Of a stretch of DNA of 64,000 nucleotides, positions 55,082-63,320 are shown piece after piece. The DNA lies in assembly GCA_029254215.1 (NCBI GenBank), contig JAQWYA010000057.1, positions 1,128 through 65,127 on the forward strand, given 5' to 3'. Numbering within the stretch: the first letter of the stretch is position 1; every line of letters begins with the position of its first letter. The translations under genes were made by a program, and so were the position numbers. Below the pieces are notes generated by a model. The model saw only the letters and a program-made list of their open reading frames with translations, was not told where the DNA came from and ran no database searches. The stretch comes from Pseudorhodobacter sp. (GTDB lineage: Bacteria; Pseudomonadota; Alphaproteobacteria; Rhodobacterales; Rhodobacteraceae).

Positions 55082-56124
55082 TGCTTGCGCGGGTCCGCAA
55101 TATCGCAGGGGCTTTCGCGCTTTCGGTCATGGCCCTGATGGGAGGGCTTCCGGCCTCGGCGCAGATCCTCGGCTTTGACGATCTTGAAGGGTGGGCGGAT
55201 GATGATCATCGGGCCGCCCTTTCCGTCTTTTTGGAAACCTGCGATCAGTTGGATGGTCCGGATTGGGCCCCTGTTTGCGCCTTGGCACCGCAGGCGCTGC
55301 AATCGGCATCGGCGGCGCGCAGCTTCTTTGAACTGCTGTTCCGTCCCGTCCTGATCGGGGCGCCGCCCGCCCTTTTCACCGGTTATTATGAGCCGGAGCT
55401 TCCCGGCTCCCTCGTCCGCACGCCCCGCTATACCTACCCGCTTTACGCCCGCCCGCCAGAGATCCGCGATGGCACGGCCTGGCTGTCCCGACGCGAGATG
55501 GAATCGCGCGGTGCCTTGCATGGCCGGGGGCTGGAGCTTGCGTGGCTCGATGATCCGGTTGAGGTGTTTTTCTTGCAAGTTCAAGGCTCTGGCCGCATCA
55601 GATTGCCGGATGGTTCGGTGATGCGGGTCGGATATGCCGGGCGCAACGGGCATCCCTACAGGTCCGTCGGGGCCGAGATGATCCGCAGGGGCAGCCATCG
55701 GCCAGATCAGGTTTCCGCCCCCGAGATCAAGGCATGGGTCCGGCGCAATCCGGCTGCCGGGATGGAGTTGTTGCGCCACAATCCCTCGTTTGTTTTCTTC
55801 CGCCGCCTGGCCGATTTGCCGCCCGAAAAAGGGCCGATCGGCGCTATGGCACGCTCCATCACCACGCTGCGCTCTGTCGCGGTAGATCCTGCTTTCGTGC
55901 CGCTTGGCGCGCCCGTCTGGCTTGAAAAGGCGGGTTCTGCCCCGATGCGCCGCCTGATGATTGCGCAAGATACGGGCGGCGCGATCAAGGGCGCGCAGCG
56001 GGCCGATATCTTTTATGGGACGGGCGTGGATGCGGGGCTTGCAGCGGGCCAGATCAAGGATGGCGGCCGGATGCTGGTTCTTTTGCCGATTGAAAATGCC
56101 TTTGCCCTGATGGCAGAGGGGTGA
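55081..56124 (+). CDS. mltA: murein transglycosylase A
   Basis: Signal peptide, then MltA/3D-domain motifs (FTGYYEPEL, FFLQVQGSGR, AVDPAFVPLGAPVWLE, AQDTGGAIKG). 1-nt overlap (TGATG) with the upstream gene. Confidence 0.85.
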   Translation: MLARVRNIAGAFALSVMALMGGLPASAQILGFDDLEGWADDDHRAALSVFLETCDQLDGPDWAPVCALAPQALQSASAARSFFELLFRPVLIGAPPALFTGYYEPELPGSLVRTPRYTYPLYARPPEIRDGTAWLSRREMESRGALHGRGLELAWLDDPVEVFFLQVQGSGRIRLPDGSVMRVGYAGRNGHPYRSVGAEMIRRGSHRPDQVSAPEIKAWVRRNPAAGMELLRHNPSFVFFRRLADLPPEKGPIGAMARSITTLRSVAVDPAFVPLGAPVWLEKAGSAPMRRLMIAQDTGGAIKGAQRADIFYGTGVDAGLAAGQIKDGGRMLVLLPIENAFALMAEG

Positions 56125-56127
56125 GCC

Positions 56128-56709
56128 ATGGCCAGACGTCGCTCTCTACGCCCTGAGGAAGAGGCGCTTTGGCAGGCCGTTGCCCGGACAACGCAACCCA
56201 TGCACGCGCAGGTTCTGCGGCCAAAGCCCGAAGATACCGCCTTTCCCGCGCCCACACTCCTGACGCCTGAAAAGCCTGTCAAAGCCGCAATCCCCCGCTT
56301 TCGTCTGGGAGAGAGGTCTAGCACCGCGACAGCGCCCGCCGCCACGCCAACAAAGCCCGCGCTTCAGATGGATGCCAAAGCCTTCGGCAAGATGACGAAA
56401 GGCAAGCTGTCACCCGAAGCGCGGATCGATCTGCACGGAATGACGCTGGCCGAGGCTCACCCGGAGCTGATCCGCTTTATTCTGAATGCGCATGGTGACG
56501 GGTTGCGATTGGTTCTTGTGATCACCGGCAAGGGCAAGCCTGGCGTGGATCATGGCCCTATTCCGCAGCGCGGTGGTGTTTTGCGGCATCAGGTTCCGCA
56601 TTGGCTGCGGCAGGCACCGCTTGCCCCCTCTATCCTGCAAGTGACCGAAGCGCATCTGCGCCATGGCGGCAGCGGGGCGTTTTACGTCTATCTACGCCGC
56701 CACCGCTAA
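56128..56709 (+). CDS. Smr/MutS2-C domain protein
   Basis: C-terminal Smr domain IDLHGMTLAEAH...LVLVITGKG. Confidence 0.8.
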   Translation: MARRRSLRPEEEALWQAVARTTQPMHAQVLRPKPEDTAFPAPTLLTPEKPVKAAIPRFRLGERSSTATAPAATPTKPALQMDAKAFGKMTKGKLSPEARIDLHGMTLAEAHPELIRFILNAHGDGLRLVLVITGKGKPGVDHGPIPQRGGVLRHQVPHWLRQAPLAPSILQVTEAHLRHGGSGAFYVYLRRHR

Positions 56710-57921
56710 ATTTTTGCGCGCGGTCTGCAAGGGGATGATCATCACCAGAACCGCCACCGCAAAAGAGGCGGCAAAGCCCAGCAATTGATCCTCGTAGCGG
56801 ATGCCAGCATCAATCATCCAACCCGAAAGCCCCGGCCCCACGGCCGATCCAAGCACCATAAGGGCCGCCACCGCCGCCTTGATCTTGCCCAGATGGGCGG
56901 TGCCATAAAACTCTGCCCAACAGGCATTGGGCAGGGTCGCCTGCCCCCCACCCGCCAAACCCATCAAGATAACCCCCGCTGCAGCCCATGAAAGCCCGTC
57001 GGCATTGGCGTGAAGCGTAAAGGCCAGACAAAGCGGCAAAAGATAGATCGGCAGCAGGCGCGCGGCCCCAAAACGATCAATCGCCATGCCAAACAGCACG
57101 GTAGAGGCCCCGAAGGTCAGGGTGCCAAGGGGAAAGACGGCAACAAGGGCAAGATGGCTCCAGCCTTTGATTTCGGCGAAATGGACCTGCTGAAACCAAA
57201 AGGCCGTGCCGAAGGCCGGAAACAGCATAAGCGCCGGAACAAGCGACCAGAACAGTGGGTGGCGCAAAGCCTCTGCCCGTGTCCAGTGCCGCCCGCCCAT
57301 GCCAAGCGAAGGGCTTTGCGCGGCAACGCTTTGCGGTGTCCTCTCCAGCCGCAAAAGGCGGTAAATCAACGGGGTTGCGGCAAGACAGATGAGGGCCGCC
57401 AGAACCCAAAGGACACGCCACGGCACGAAAGTCTTGAGCCAAACGAAGGTCAAAGGCATGATCGCCTCGGCCGCCATGAAGCCCATCGTTGCCACTGCAA
57501 GCGCTTTGCCGCGATTGCCCACGAACCAGCGCACCATCGCGACCCCGGCCACATGGCTTGTCATGCCTTGCCCCGTGAACCGCAGCGCGAAGATTACCAG
57601 CGGCAAAAGCGCCGCGACCGGGTTCAGCGCCATTGCCAGACAAGCCATCGCCAATAGCACGATCACGGCAACACCCAGCACCCTGACGCGAAACCTGTCG
57701 GCAAGCCCGCCCGCGAAGACCATCACAAGCGCCGAAAGGCCGGTGCCGATCATATAGGTCAGGCCCCATTGACCATGGGTCAGCCCGAATTCCTGCTGAA
57801 TTTCGCCCGCGAAGGTGGAGATAAAGAAGGTTTGCCCAAAGCTGGACAGAAACGAAAGCAACGCCCCGGTTGCCAGAAACGGGGCGTTGTCGCGCAGGAA
57901 GGCAAGGGTTGAAATCTTCAT
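56692..57921 (-). CDS. MFS transporter
   Basis: 409 aa, about 12 TM. GGLADRFRVR loop motif between TM2 and TM3. 3' end overlaps the convergent Smr gene by 18 nt. Confidence 0.85.
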   Translation of the reverse strand: MKISTLAFLRDNAPFLATGALLSFLSSFGQTFFISTFAGEIQQEFGLTHGQWGLTYMIGTGLSALVMVFAGGLADRFRVRVLGVAVIVLLAMACLAMALNPVAALLPLVIFALRFTGQGMTSHVAGVAMVRWFVGNRGKALAVATMGFMAAEAIMPLTFVWLKTFVPWRVLWVLAALICLAATPLIYRLLRLERTPQSVAAQSPSLGMGGRHWTRAEALRHPLFWSLVPALMLFPAFGTAFWFQQVHFAEIKGWSHLALVAVFPLGTLTFGASTVLFGMAIDRFGAARLLPIYLLPLCLAFTLHANADGLSWAAAGVILMGLAGGGQATLPNACWAEFYGTAHLGKIKAAVAALMVLGSAVGPGLSGWMIDAGIRYEDQLLGFAASFAVAVLVMIIPLQTARKNLAVAA

Positions 57922-57966
57922 GGCCTTTGATGGGCTTGTTCTGACAAAAGGAAAAGCCCTCTTCTG

Positions 57967-59172
57967 TCAGAACCAGCGGCCATGGGCGACAGCGCGGATC
58001 GTCAGCGCCCCGGATTTGCTGACCGAAGATCGCGCCCGAAGGCTGCAACTTGTGACCGAGGGCGCGGCGGCGCTGATCCAGCAATCGGCATCTGCCACCG
58101 TTCCCGACAGAACCGGCGGCTGCACAAAGACGCTTGGATAGGTCCATGTTACCCCAGCGGAACGGAAAATCGCCCCATCCACCGTCGCGCAATTGGCGAC
58201 GGCCAAAGCCTCGATCGTGCAGATCAGCGTCCCGTCGGCAAAATGCAAAAACCGCCCATTCGCCCCGCTTCCCGCTTCGATCAGCGCACCCGTTGGCACC
58301 CCCGCTGCCTGAGCGACCGGCCCCAAAACGTTCGACCGGCAATAAGCGGGTGAGCCGTTCTTCATCAACTCGCCGCTGGTTACATTCAGGCCCGAGGCAT
58401 TGACCGTTACCCGTTGCGCGCCCCCCGTCGCCAGCGCCACGCTATCCGTGCCGGGCCGGTAGAAGCCGCAATCCGGGTCGGCGGCAAATCCAAGCGAGGG
58501 CGCGGTGGCCGTTCCATCAAAGACGCGCAACCCGCCCGGCGCCGAAAGGCGGCCCGTTGTGCTGTCAGCCTCCAGCGCTGTAGAGAAGCTGCTGCCATCC
58601 GGGCTGACCTTGATCGCAAACTGATCGGAGCCAGCCAGCCCCATTTCCGCCCGCCCGGACCAGTTGGACTGGAACAACAGGCTCGCTGTGTCCGCAACGG
58701 CGGATTTGTTGATTTTCAACTGATGCCCGCTGCCGTCATGGTTCAGAAGCGTCGCATCCGATGACAGGCTCAGACGATTGGTCAGATCGGCGGTCGCGTT
58801 GATGCCCAAAGAACCAAGGTTCTGAAACGCTGCCTCTCCGCTGATCGGCACCCAGCCGGAGCCCTCAAAAAAGCGCAACCCATCGGGACCTGAGGCGATC
58901 CATCCGGGCTGCGGGGTGGCAAAAACCCACGCCTCCCCCCGCCAGCTTGCCAGCTTGGAGCCATGTCCGGCCCAGGCCCCGATTGCGCCGGGGTCCAGCG
59001 CCCAAGCCTCCCCTGCCTCGGGCGCGGCGGGCGGGACAATCGCGTCAAAGCCTTTGACAGTAAGCTGGACCAGAAAATCCAGCCGATCGATCGCCTCATT
59101 GTGGGTGACATGTTTTTGAGCTTGCGAGGGTTGCAGCAAGGGAAGGGCAAGGCGGGCGGTTTCATCGGACAT
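57967..59172 (-). CDS. DUF2793 domain protein, phage/GTA tail-fibre-like
   Basis: N-terminus LALPLLQPSQAQKHVTHNEAIDRLD (the DUF2793 signature as I recall it). The middle holds the fibre-type motif APSLGFAADPDCGFYRPGTDSVALATGGAQRVTV. The C-terminal about 110 aa are distinct. Start at ATG 59172. Confidence 0.7.
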   Translation of the reverse strand: MSDETARLALPLLQPSQAQKHVTHNEAIDRLDFLVQLTVKGFDAIVPPAAPEAGEAWALDPGAIGAWAGHGSKLASWRGEAWVFATPQPGWIASGPDGLRFFEGSGWVPISGEAAFQNLGSLGINATADLTNRLSLSSDATLLNHDGSGHQLKINKSAVADTASLLFQSNWSGRAEMGLAGSDQFAIKVSPDGSSFSTALEADSTTGRLSAPGGLRVFDGTATAPSLGFAADPDCGFYRPGTDSVALATGGAQRVTVNASGLNVTSGELMKNGSPAYCRSNVLGPVAQAAGVPTGALIEAGSGANGRFLHFADGTLICTIEALAVANCATVDGAIFRSAGVTWTYPSVFVQPPVLSGTVADADCWISAAAPSVTSCSLRARSSVSKSGALTIRAVAHGRWF

Positions 59173-59301
59173 GGGGGCACAGACCTTTTCAGAAGGGCCG
59201 GAAAACCGGCGCGGAACTGTGCCCACCCTGCGCAAACCCGTCTTAGGACGGCCCTAACGCCCCGGCTGCCCCGTTTACAGGGCGTTCACCTCTGGCAGAT
59301 G

Positions 59302-61710
59302 TCAGAAATCGAGGCCGCTCATCTCCTTTTTCTGGATGCTGGTGGAAAGCCGCAGCGCCCCTTCGGAGAACGAGGACCAGTGACTGCCCAGAAGATGCTG
59401 ACAGCGGGCCAGTAAAAGCATATCCGCCAGCGCGAATTGCAACTGCTTGACCGAGCGGTCATAGACCCCCCGTTCCAGCATGGCGATGCGCGGGCCGTAA
59501 TGGTTTGCCAAGGCCTGATAGGTTTCGGAAAGATCGGCAGCAAGGAACAGCTTGGCCTCTGGCCTTGTCTGCAGCAAGGCGTCGATCCGCGTCCGAAAGC
59601 GGCTGTAATGGCTCGCCTCTCGCCAGTGAACGATCGCTTTATGGCCGTCTTCGGGCCAGTTTTCCGCCGAATCATAGCTTTTGAGCGCGGCCCCCCCGCC
59701 CCCTTCCATGCGGATATGCAGGCCAATGTCGCGGTGGTCCGCCGCCGAGGCGATCAGCCCTTCAACATCGGCACTTGGGCGCAGGCTTCGCAGGAATATA
59801 TTCTCGCGCGTCCAGCGGCTGAACGGATGGTTGAACACATAGGCGGACCGCAAATAAGCATCCCGCCCCGGTTCCAGCAGGATCGGCGCGTTCTTGGCGC
59901 CGCCCGGTTCCACCTCCATGTAATTGAAAAGGGTCGCCCCCTGACTGGCGGCCTGATCGGGAAAGCTCGCCTCGATCACAGCACCATCATAACGGAAATG
60001 ATCAGAAAAACGGCCCTCACAGTGATGATCAGGTTGCCAGAGGATTACCAGTTCCCGCCCGCTTTCCTGCGCAATTGCCGCAGCCGACCCAATCGCCCGG
60101 AGCCGGTTGCCAAGCCCATGCTGCGCATCCACAAAAATACGCTCTCGCTGGCAGGTGACGGCTGGTGCGGCGGGCGGGCTATCCGGGATCAGTCGCAAGA
60201 ACGGTTCACCCGACTTGGCCGCAAGCTCCGCCTTTCGCGCATCGACCAGACGCGCCAGCCAAGGCTGCACTGGCAAAACCGGATGCCGCAAACCAGCGTC
60301 CTTCACAAAGGCCAAAAGCGCCGTTGGCACGCGCAGCACAAGGCAGCGACCTTGCTTTTTGGCGAGCCGGTTCAGCTTTGCGCAGTGTCGGGAAAGATCG
60401 CCATAGACCTCTGCCATGCTCAGATCGCAGACGAGAAAGGCAGAGGATCGCAGCACCGTTTCATCCGTCCCGGCAAGCTTCAGATCCACATGAAGCGCGC
60501 CGATCTGATCCAGCGGAAGCAAGGACAGCAGCGCCTCACATTGATCGGGACGCAGATCATAGGCCCGCTGGCTGGTGCGCCAGGACAAAAGCTCTGCCCG
60601 TGCCTGCGCCTCGGCCATGCGCAGAATATGGTCCGGCACCCGGTGCGGCGGCGGGCCTGCGCGGCGCAGCAGCACTTCGCGCCCCGAAAAGGCGATCAGC
60701 TTATAGGGCGTAAGTCGCCGCGCCCCATCCCATCCCGGCATCATGCCTGAAATCTGCCGGTTTGTTCGAATGTGAAACATGGGCATCTGGTCAAGAGCAG
60801 TCTTCGCGCAATCAACTTGTGCAGAGAAAGTCGGCATCCGCGCGCTATCGGCGTGGTCAAGGTGATGCAGCGTGTCGGGGGCCACATCGCGCCGGGTCAG
60901 GCCAAGGCCAAGCAGCCGCGCGTAAAGATCATCATCGTCCCAGCCATATCCAAGGATGTATTCGTTGAACCCCTTGATGGCCAGAAGATCACCGCGTGCG
61001 ACTTGAAAGAACCCGTTCACAAACTCCTGCCCTTTGGCCGCGAGCCGCCAGTTGCCTGCGATGAACTGGCCGGGCTTGGCCCGATGGGCCGCGCAAAAGC
61101 CCGGCTCCAGCACGATATCGGCATCGGCCTTGATGATGGTTTCATGCCGCGCGATCCGAAAGCCGATGTTGAACGCATAGGAAAGAACCCAGCGCGGTTC
61201 ATCCTCCACCCGTGCCACGACGATCCTTGGGTCATCAATCCCAGCCTCTCGGAGGGTCTGGCTGACGGGGGTGGCTGAGGTGAAATCGACGATAACGATC
61301 TCATCTATCTCGGTCTGGGCTAGCCAGCTTGGCAGGGCCAGAAGCAGGTTTTCGTTGCGATCCCGGCAGCAGGTCACGAGGGAAACACCGGGCCGGACCT
61401 GCTGCACATAGCGGTCCAGATCACTGGAGGCCGAGGCCGGTTTGGCGGTGGGTTTCGGTGCGGTTTCCGTGCGAAGGCCAAGCGCCGGGTCCGGCGTCAG
61501 GCCGTATGTCTTGCAAAAAGCCTCAAGCACGCTGCGCCTTGCGGCAAACAGGCCCGGCTCCACCAGTGCGGTTTCGGAAAGCCGCCGGGATTGAAGCCGC
61601 AGCTCTGCCTGCGCCCGCTGGACCCCTTCCGGCCCGAGGCCCATCATCCCGCGCATGTGATCCAGCGCGCGCCAGAAATCCATCGGCCCTTGTGAGAAAT
61701 GAATGGTCAT
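59302..61710 (-). CDS. two-domain glycosyltransferase (GT2/GT7C-like N-terminal domain plus fucosyltransferase-like GT-B C-terminal domain)
   Basis: N-domain: VSLVTCCRDR...IVIVDF...KADADIV (DxD)...GYGWDDDDLYARL. C-domain: GLGNRLRAIGSAAAIA...LGSHWSSFSEGA (GT11/GT23/POFUT-like motifs). Start at ATG 61710, 1 nt after the upstream stop. Confidence 0.7.
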   Translation of the reverse strand: MTIHFSQGPMDFWRALDHMRGMMGLGPEGVQRAQAELRLQSRRLSETALVEPGLFAARRSVLEAFCKTYGLTPDPALGLRTETAPKPTAKPASASSDLDRYVQQVRPGVSLVTCCRDRNENLLLALPSWLAQTEIDEIVIVDFTSATPVSQTLREAGIDDPRIVVARVEDEPRWVLSYAFNIGFRIARHETIIKADADIVLEPGFCAAHRAKPGQFIAGNWRLAAKGQEFVNGFFQVARGDLLAIKGFNEYILGYGWDDDDLYARLLGLGLTRRDVAPDTLHHLDHADSARMPTFSAQVDCAKTALDQMPMFHIRTNRQISGMMPGWDGARRLTPYKLIAFSGREVLLRRAGPPPHRVPDHILRMAEAQARAELLSWRTSQRAYDLRPDQCEALLSLLPLDQIGALHVDLKLAGTDETVLRSSAFLVCDLSMAEVYGDLSRHCAKLNRLAKKQGRCLVLRVPTALLAFVKDAGLRHPVLPVQPWLARLVDARKAELAAKSGEPFLRLIPDSPPAAPAVTCQRERIFVDAQHGLGNRLRAIGSAAAIAQESGRELVILWQPDHHCEGRFSDHFRYDGAVIEASFPDQAASQGATLFNYMEVEPGGAKNAPILLEPGRDAYLRSAYVFNHPFSRWTRENIFLRSLRPSADVEGLIASAADHRDIGLHIRMEGGGGAALKSYDSAENWPEDGHKAIVHWREASHYSRFRTRIDALLQTRPEAKLFLAADLSETYQALANHYGPRIAMLERGVYDRSVKQLQFALADMLLLARCQHLLGSHWSSFSEGALRLSTSIQKKEMSGLDF

Positions 61711-61711
61711 A

Positions 61712-62620
61712 TTATCCCCGCTTTGCCAAAAGCACGCCGGTTTGCCAGCCATAGGCATTCGGCACGGCGGCGCGCACATCCATCCATTGCCCGATCCGGG
61801 CCAGCCACGCGTCGCGTTGATAGACCACGCGCTGCATCCAGGGCGTTGTGCGGGTGACAAAAGCCACCCAGTTTTTTGAGAGCATCCCGGTTGCCTCATC
61901 CAGTTCCGCAACATGGCGGTTAGAGGCGTGATCGGGGCTGAGACGCTTGATCTCGGCCAATGTGTTCTGGTCTGAAACGGTCAGATAGAGCCTGCCACCG
62001 GGTCGCAGGATACGCCGGATTTCCAGCAGCCAGGCGTCGTCCAACTCTCCGATATGGGTCCAGACGGAGCCTGCAAAGACAAGACCGAAGCTGTTGTCTT
62101 CAAAGGGAAGATGCGGTGCCGTGGTGTTGGTGAAGAACTGGAACGGCGGCGATAGATGCGCCTGCGCCCAATGGATCGCGGCCGAGTGCAGATCCACCCC
62201 CCAGACTTCGGTCATCCGGGCCTCTGCCTCCAGATGGCGGAGCATGCGGCCCGCAGCACAGCCGAATTCAAGGATCGGGGCGGAGCCAAGCCTGACGCCA
62301 TCCTTCACCAGCAAACGGCGCATCGCGTTCACATCATTCAAGCCGCTGCGCAGATACAGATCGTCATGATAGCGGTTGTCCTTGATCCCGTAATAATGGC
62401 GAAGCGGGGTCGGTGGCAGCCGCTCTGACAAGGGTTTCGCCGCGAGGTCCGCGCTCATCGCGTAAAGGGCAAAGCCGTTTTGGCTTCGGTCCTCGGGGTA
62501 ATAGGTGCCTGCCAGATTGCTGGCATTCATCAGGCTGTTTTCCAGCCCCCGGATTTCAGCGGCCCCGATGGCTTGATGAAACCGGTTCTGGTTTTCGCGA
62601 AGTCTGAGTTCTTCTGACAT
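61712..62620 (-). CDS. class I SAM-dependent methyltransferase
   Basis: Motif I ILEFGCAAGRML; post-I VWGVDL; LVFAGSVWTHI; LRPGGRLYL. Start chosen at ATG 62620; the upstream candidates 62686, 62713 and 62731 all overlap the FkbM gene. Confidence 0.7.
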   Translation of the reverse strand: MSEELRLRENQNRFHQAIGAAEIRGLENSLMNASNLAGTYYPEDRSQNGFALYAMSADLAAKPLSERLPPTPLRHYYGIKDNRYHDDLYLRSGLNDVNAMRRLLVKDGVRLGSAPILEFGCAAGRMLRHLEAEARMTEVWGVDLHSAAIHWAQAHLSPPFQFFTNTTAPHLPFEDNSFGLVFAGSVWTHIGELDDAWLLEIRRILRPGGRLYLTVSDQNTLAEIKRLSPDHASNRHVAELDEATGMLSKNWVAFVTRTTPWMQRVVYQRDAWLARIGQWMDVRAAVPNAYGWQTGVLLAKRG

Positions 62621-62651
62621 AAGCGCCTCAAATGTTTGGGTGAAAGGCCCT

Positions 62652-63320
62652 TCAGGCCCAACGGTGATATGTCCGGAACCGGCCATCGGTTCGGGCAAAT
62701 GCAAGATCGACATAGCCCAGCGCCGTATCAAAAGGCCGGGTCTGGTAGCTGAGGATATCGAAGACCGAAAACCCGTGATCCCGCATCCAACAGGTGATTT
62801 CGGCGAAATCGCCCAAGTCCGGATCGCCTGCGGGGTGAAAGAGGTTCACCTCCATCACGACAAGATCCACGCGTTGCAAAAAGCGCGTCCCGCCCTTCAT
62901 CACCCGCAGATCATAGCCCTGACAGTCCGTCTTGAGCAGGATCGGCCCCGGCAGATCCCGCCCGGCCAGCAAACCGTCCAGCGTTTCGACCGGGACGGCG
63001 CGGGTTGTCTGCGCGGTCTTTGCCGTGGCGAGCGAGGACGCCTCATAAGCGCCATCGGGGATGTTCATGGGAAGGGTGCCGGCTTTGTCGCCCAAGGCCA
63101 CCATGTGATATTCGCCGCGATACTTTGTGGTGAGCGCTTTCATCCGGGGTTCGAGTTCGGCGACTGGCTCAAAGAACAGATGGTAAGCCTCTGGAAAACC
63201 CTGCTGCAATTCGGGCGTGCCATAGCAGGTGCCGACATCCAGAACGGTGCCGGGCCTGAACCCGCTGTCTTTTACAAAGGCCACAAATTCGGCCAGATCA
63301 CGTTGCACGCGCCGGGTCAT
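62652..63320 (-). CDS. FkbM family methyltransferase
   Basis: VLDVGTCYGT...FFEPV...LKTDCQGYDLRVMKG...VMEV pattern. ATGA overlap with the upstream gene at 63317-63320. Confidence 0.75.
   Translation of the reverse strand: MTRRVQRDLAEFVAFVKDSGFRPGTVLDVGTCYGTPELQQGFPEAYHLFFEPVAELEPRMKALTTKYRGEYHMVALGDKAGTLPMNIPDGAYEASSLATAKTAQTTRAVPVETLDGLLAGRDLPGPILLKTDCQGYDLRVMKGGTRFLQRVDLVVMEVNLFHPAGDPDLGDFAEITCWMRDHGFSVFDILSYQTRPFDTALGYVDLAFARTDGRFRTYHRWA

Noticed and set aside
55003-55968. 321-aa minus-strand ORF (and the similar 310-aa ORF at 7621-8553)
   Set aside because: These are antisense to mltA and lpxK respectively and are shadow frames.
57077-58342. 421-aa minus-strand ORF spanning the MFS/DUF2793 boundary
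   Set aside because: It is out of frame with both well-supported genes and bridges their intergenic gap. The composition is Gly/Arg/Ala-rich with no motifs.
59437-60750. 437-aa plus-strand ORF
   Set aside because: Antisense shadow frame of the 802-aa glycosyltransferase. The minus-strand frame carries the DxD and GT motifs.
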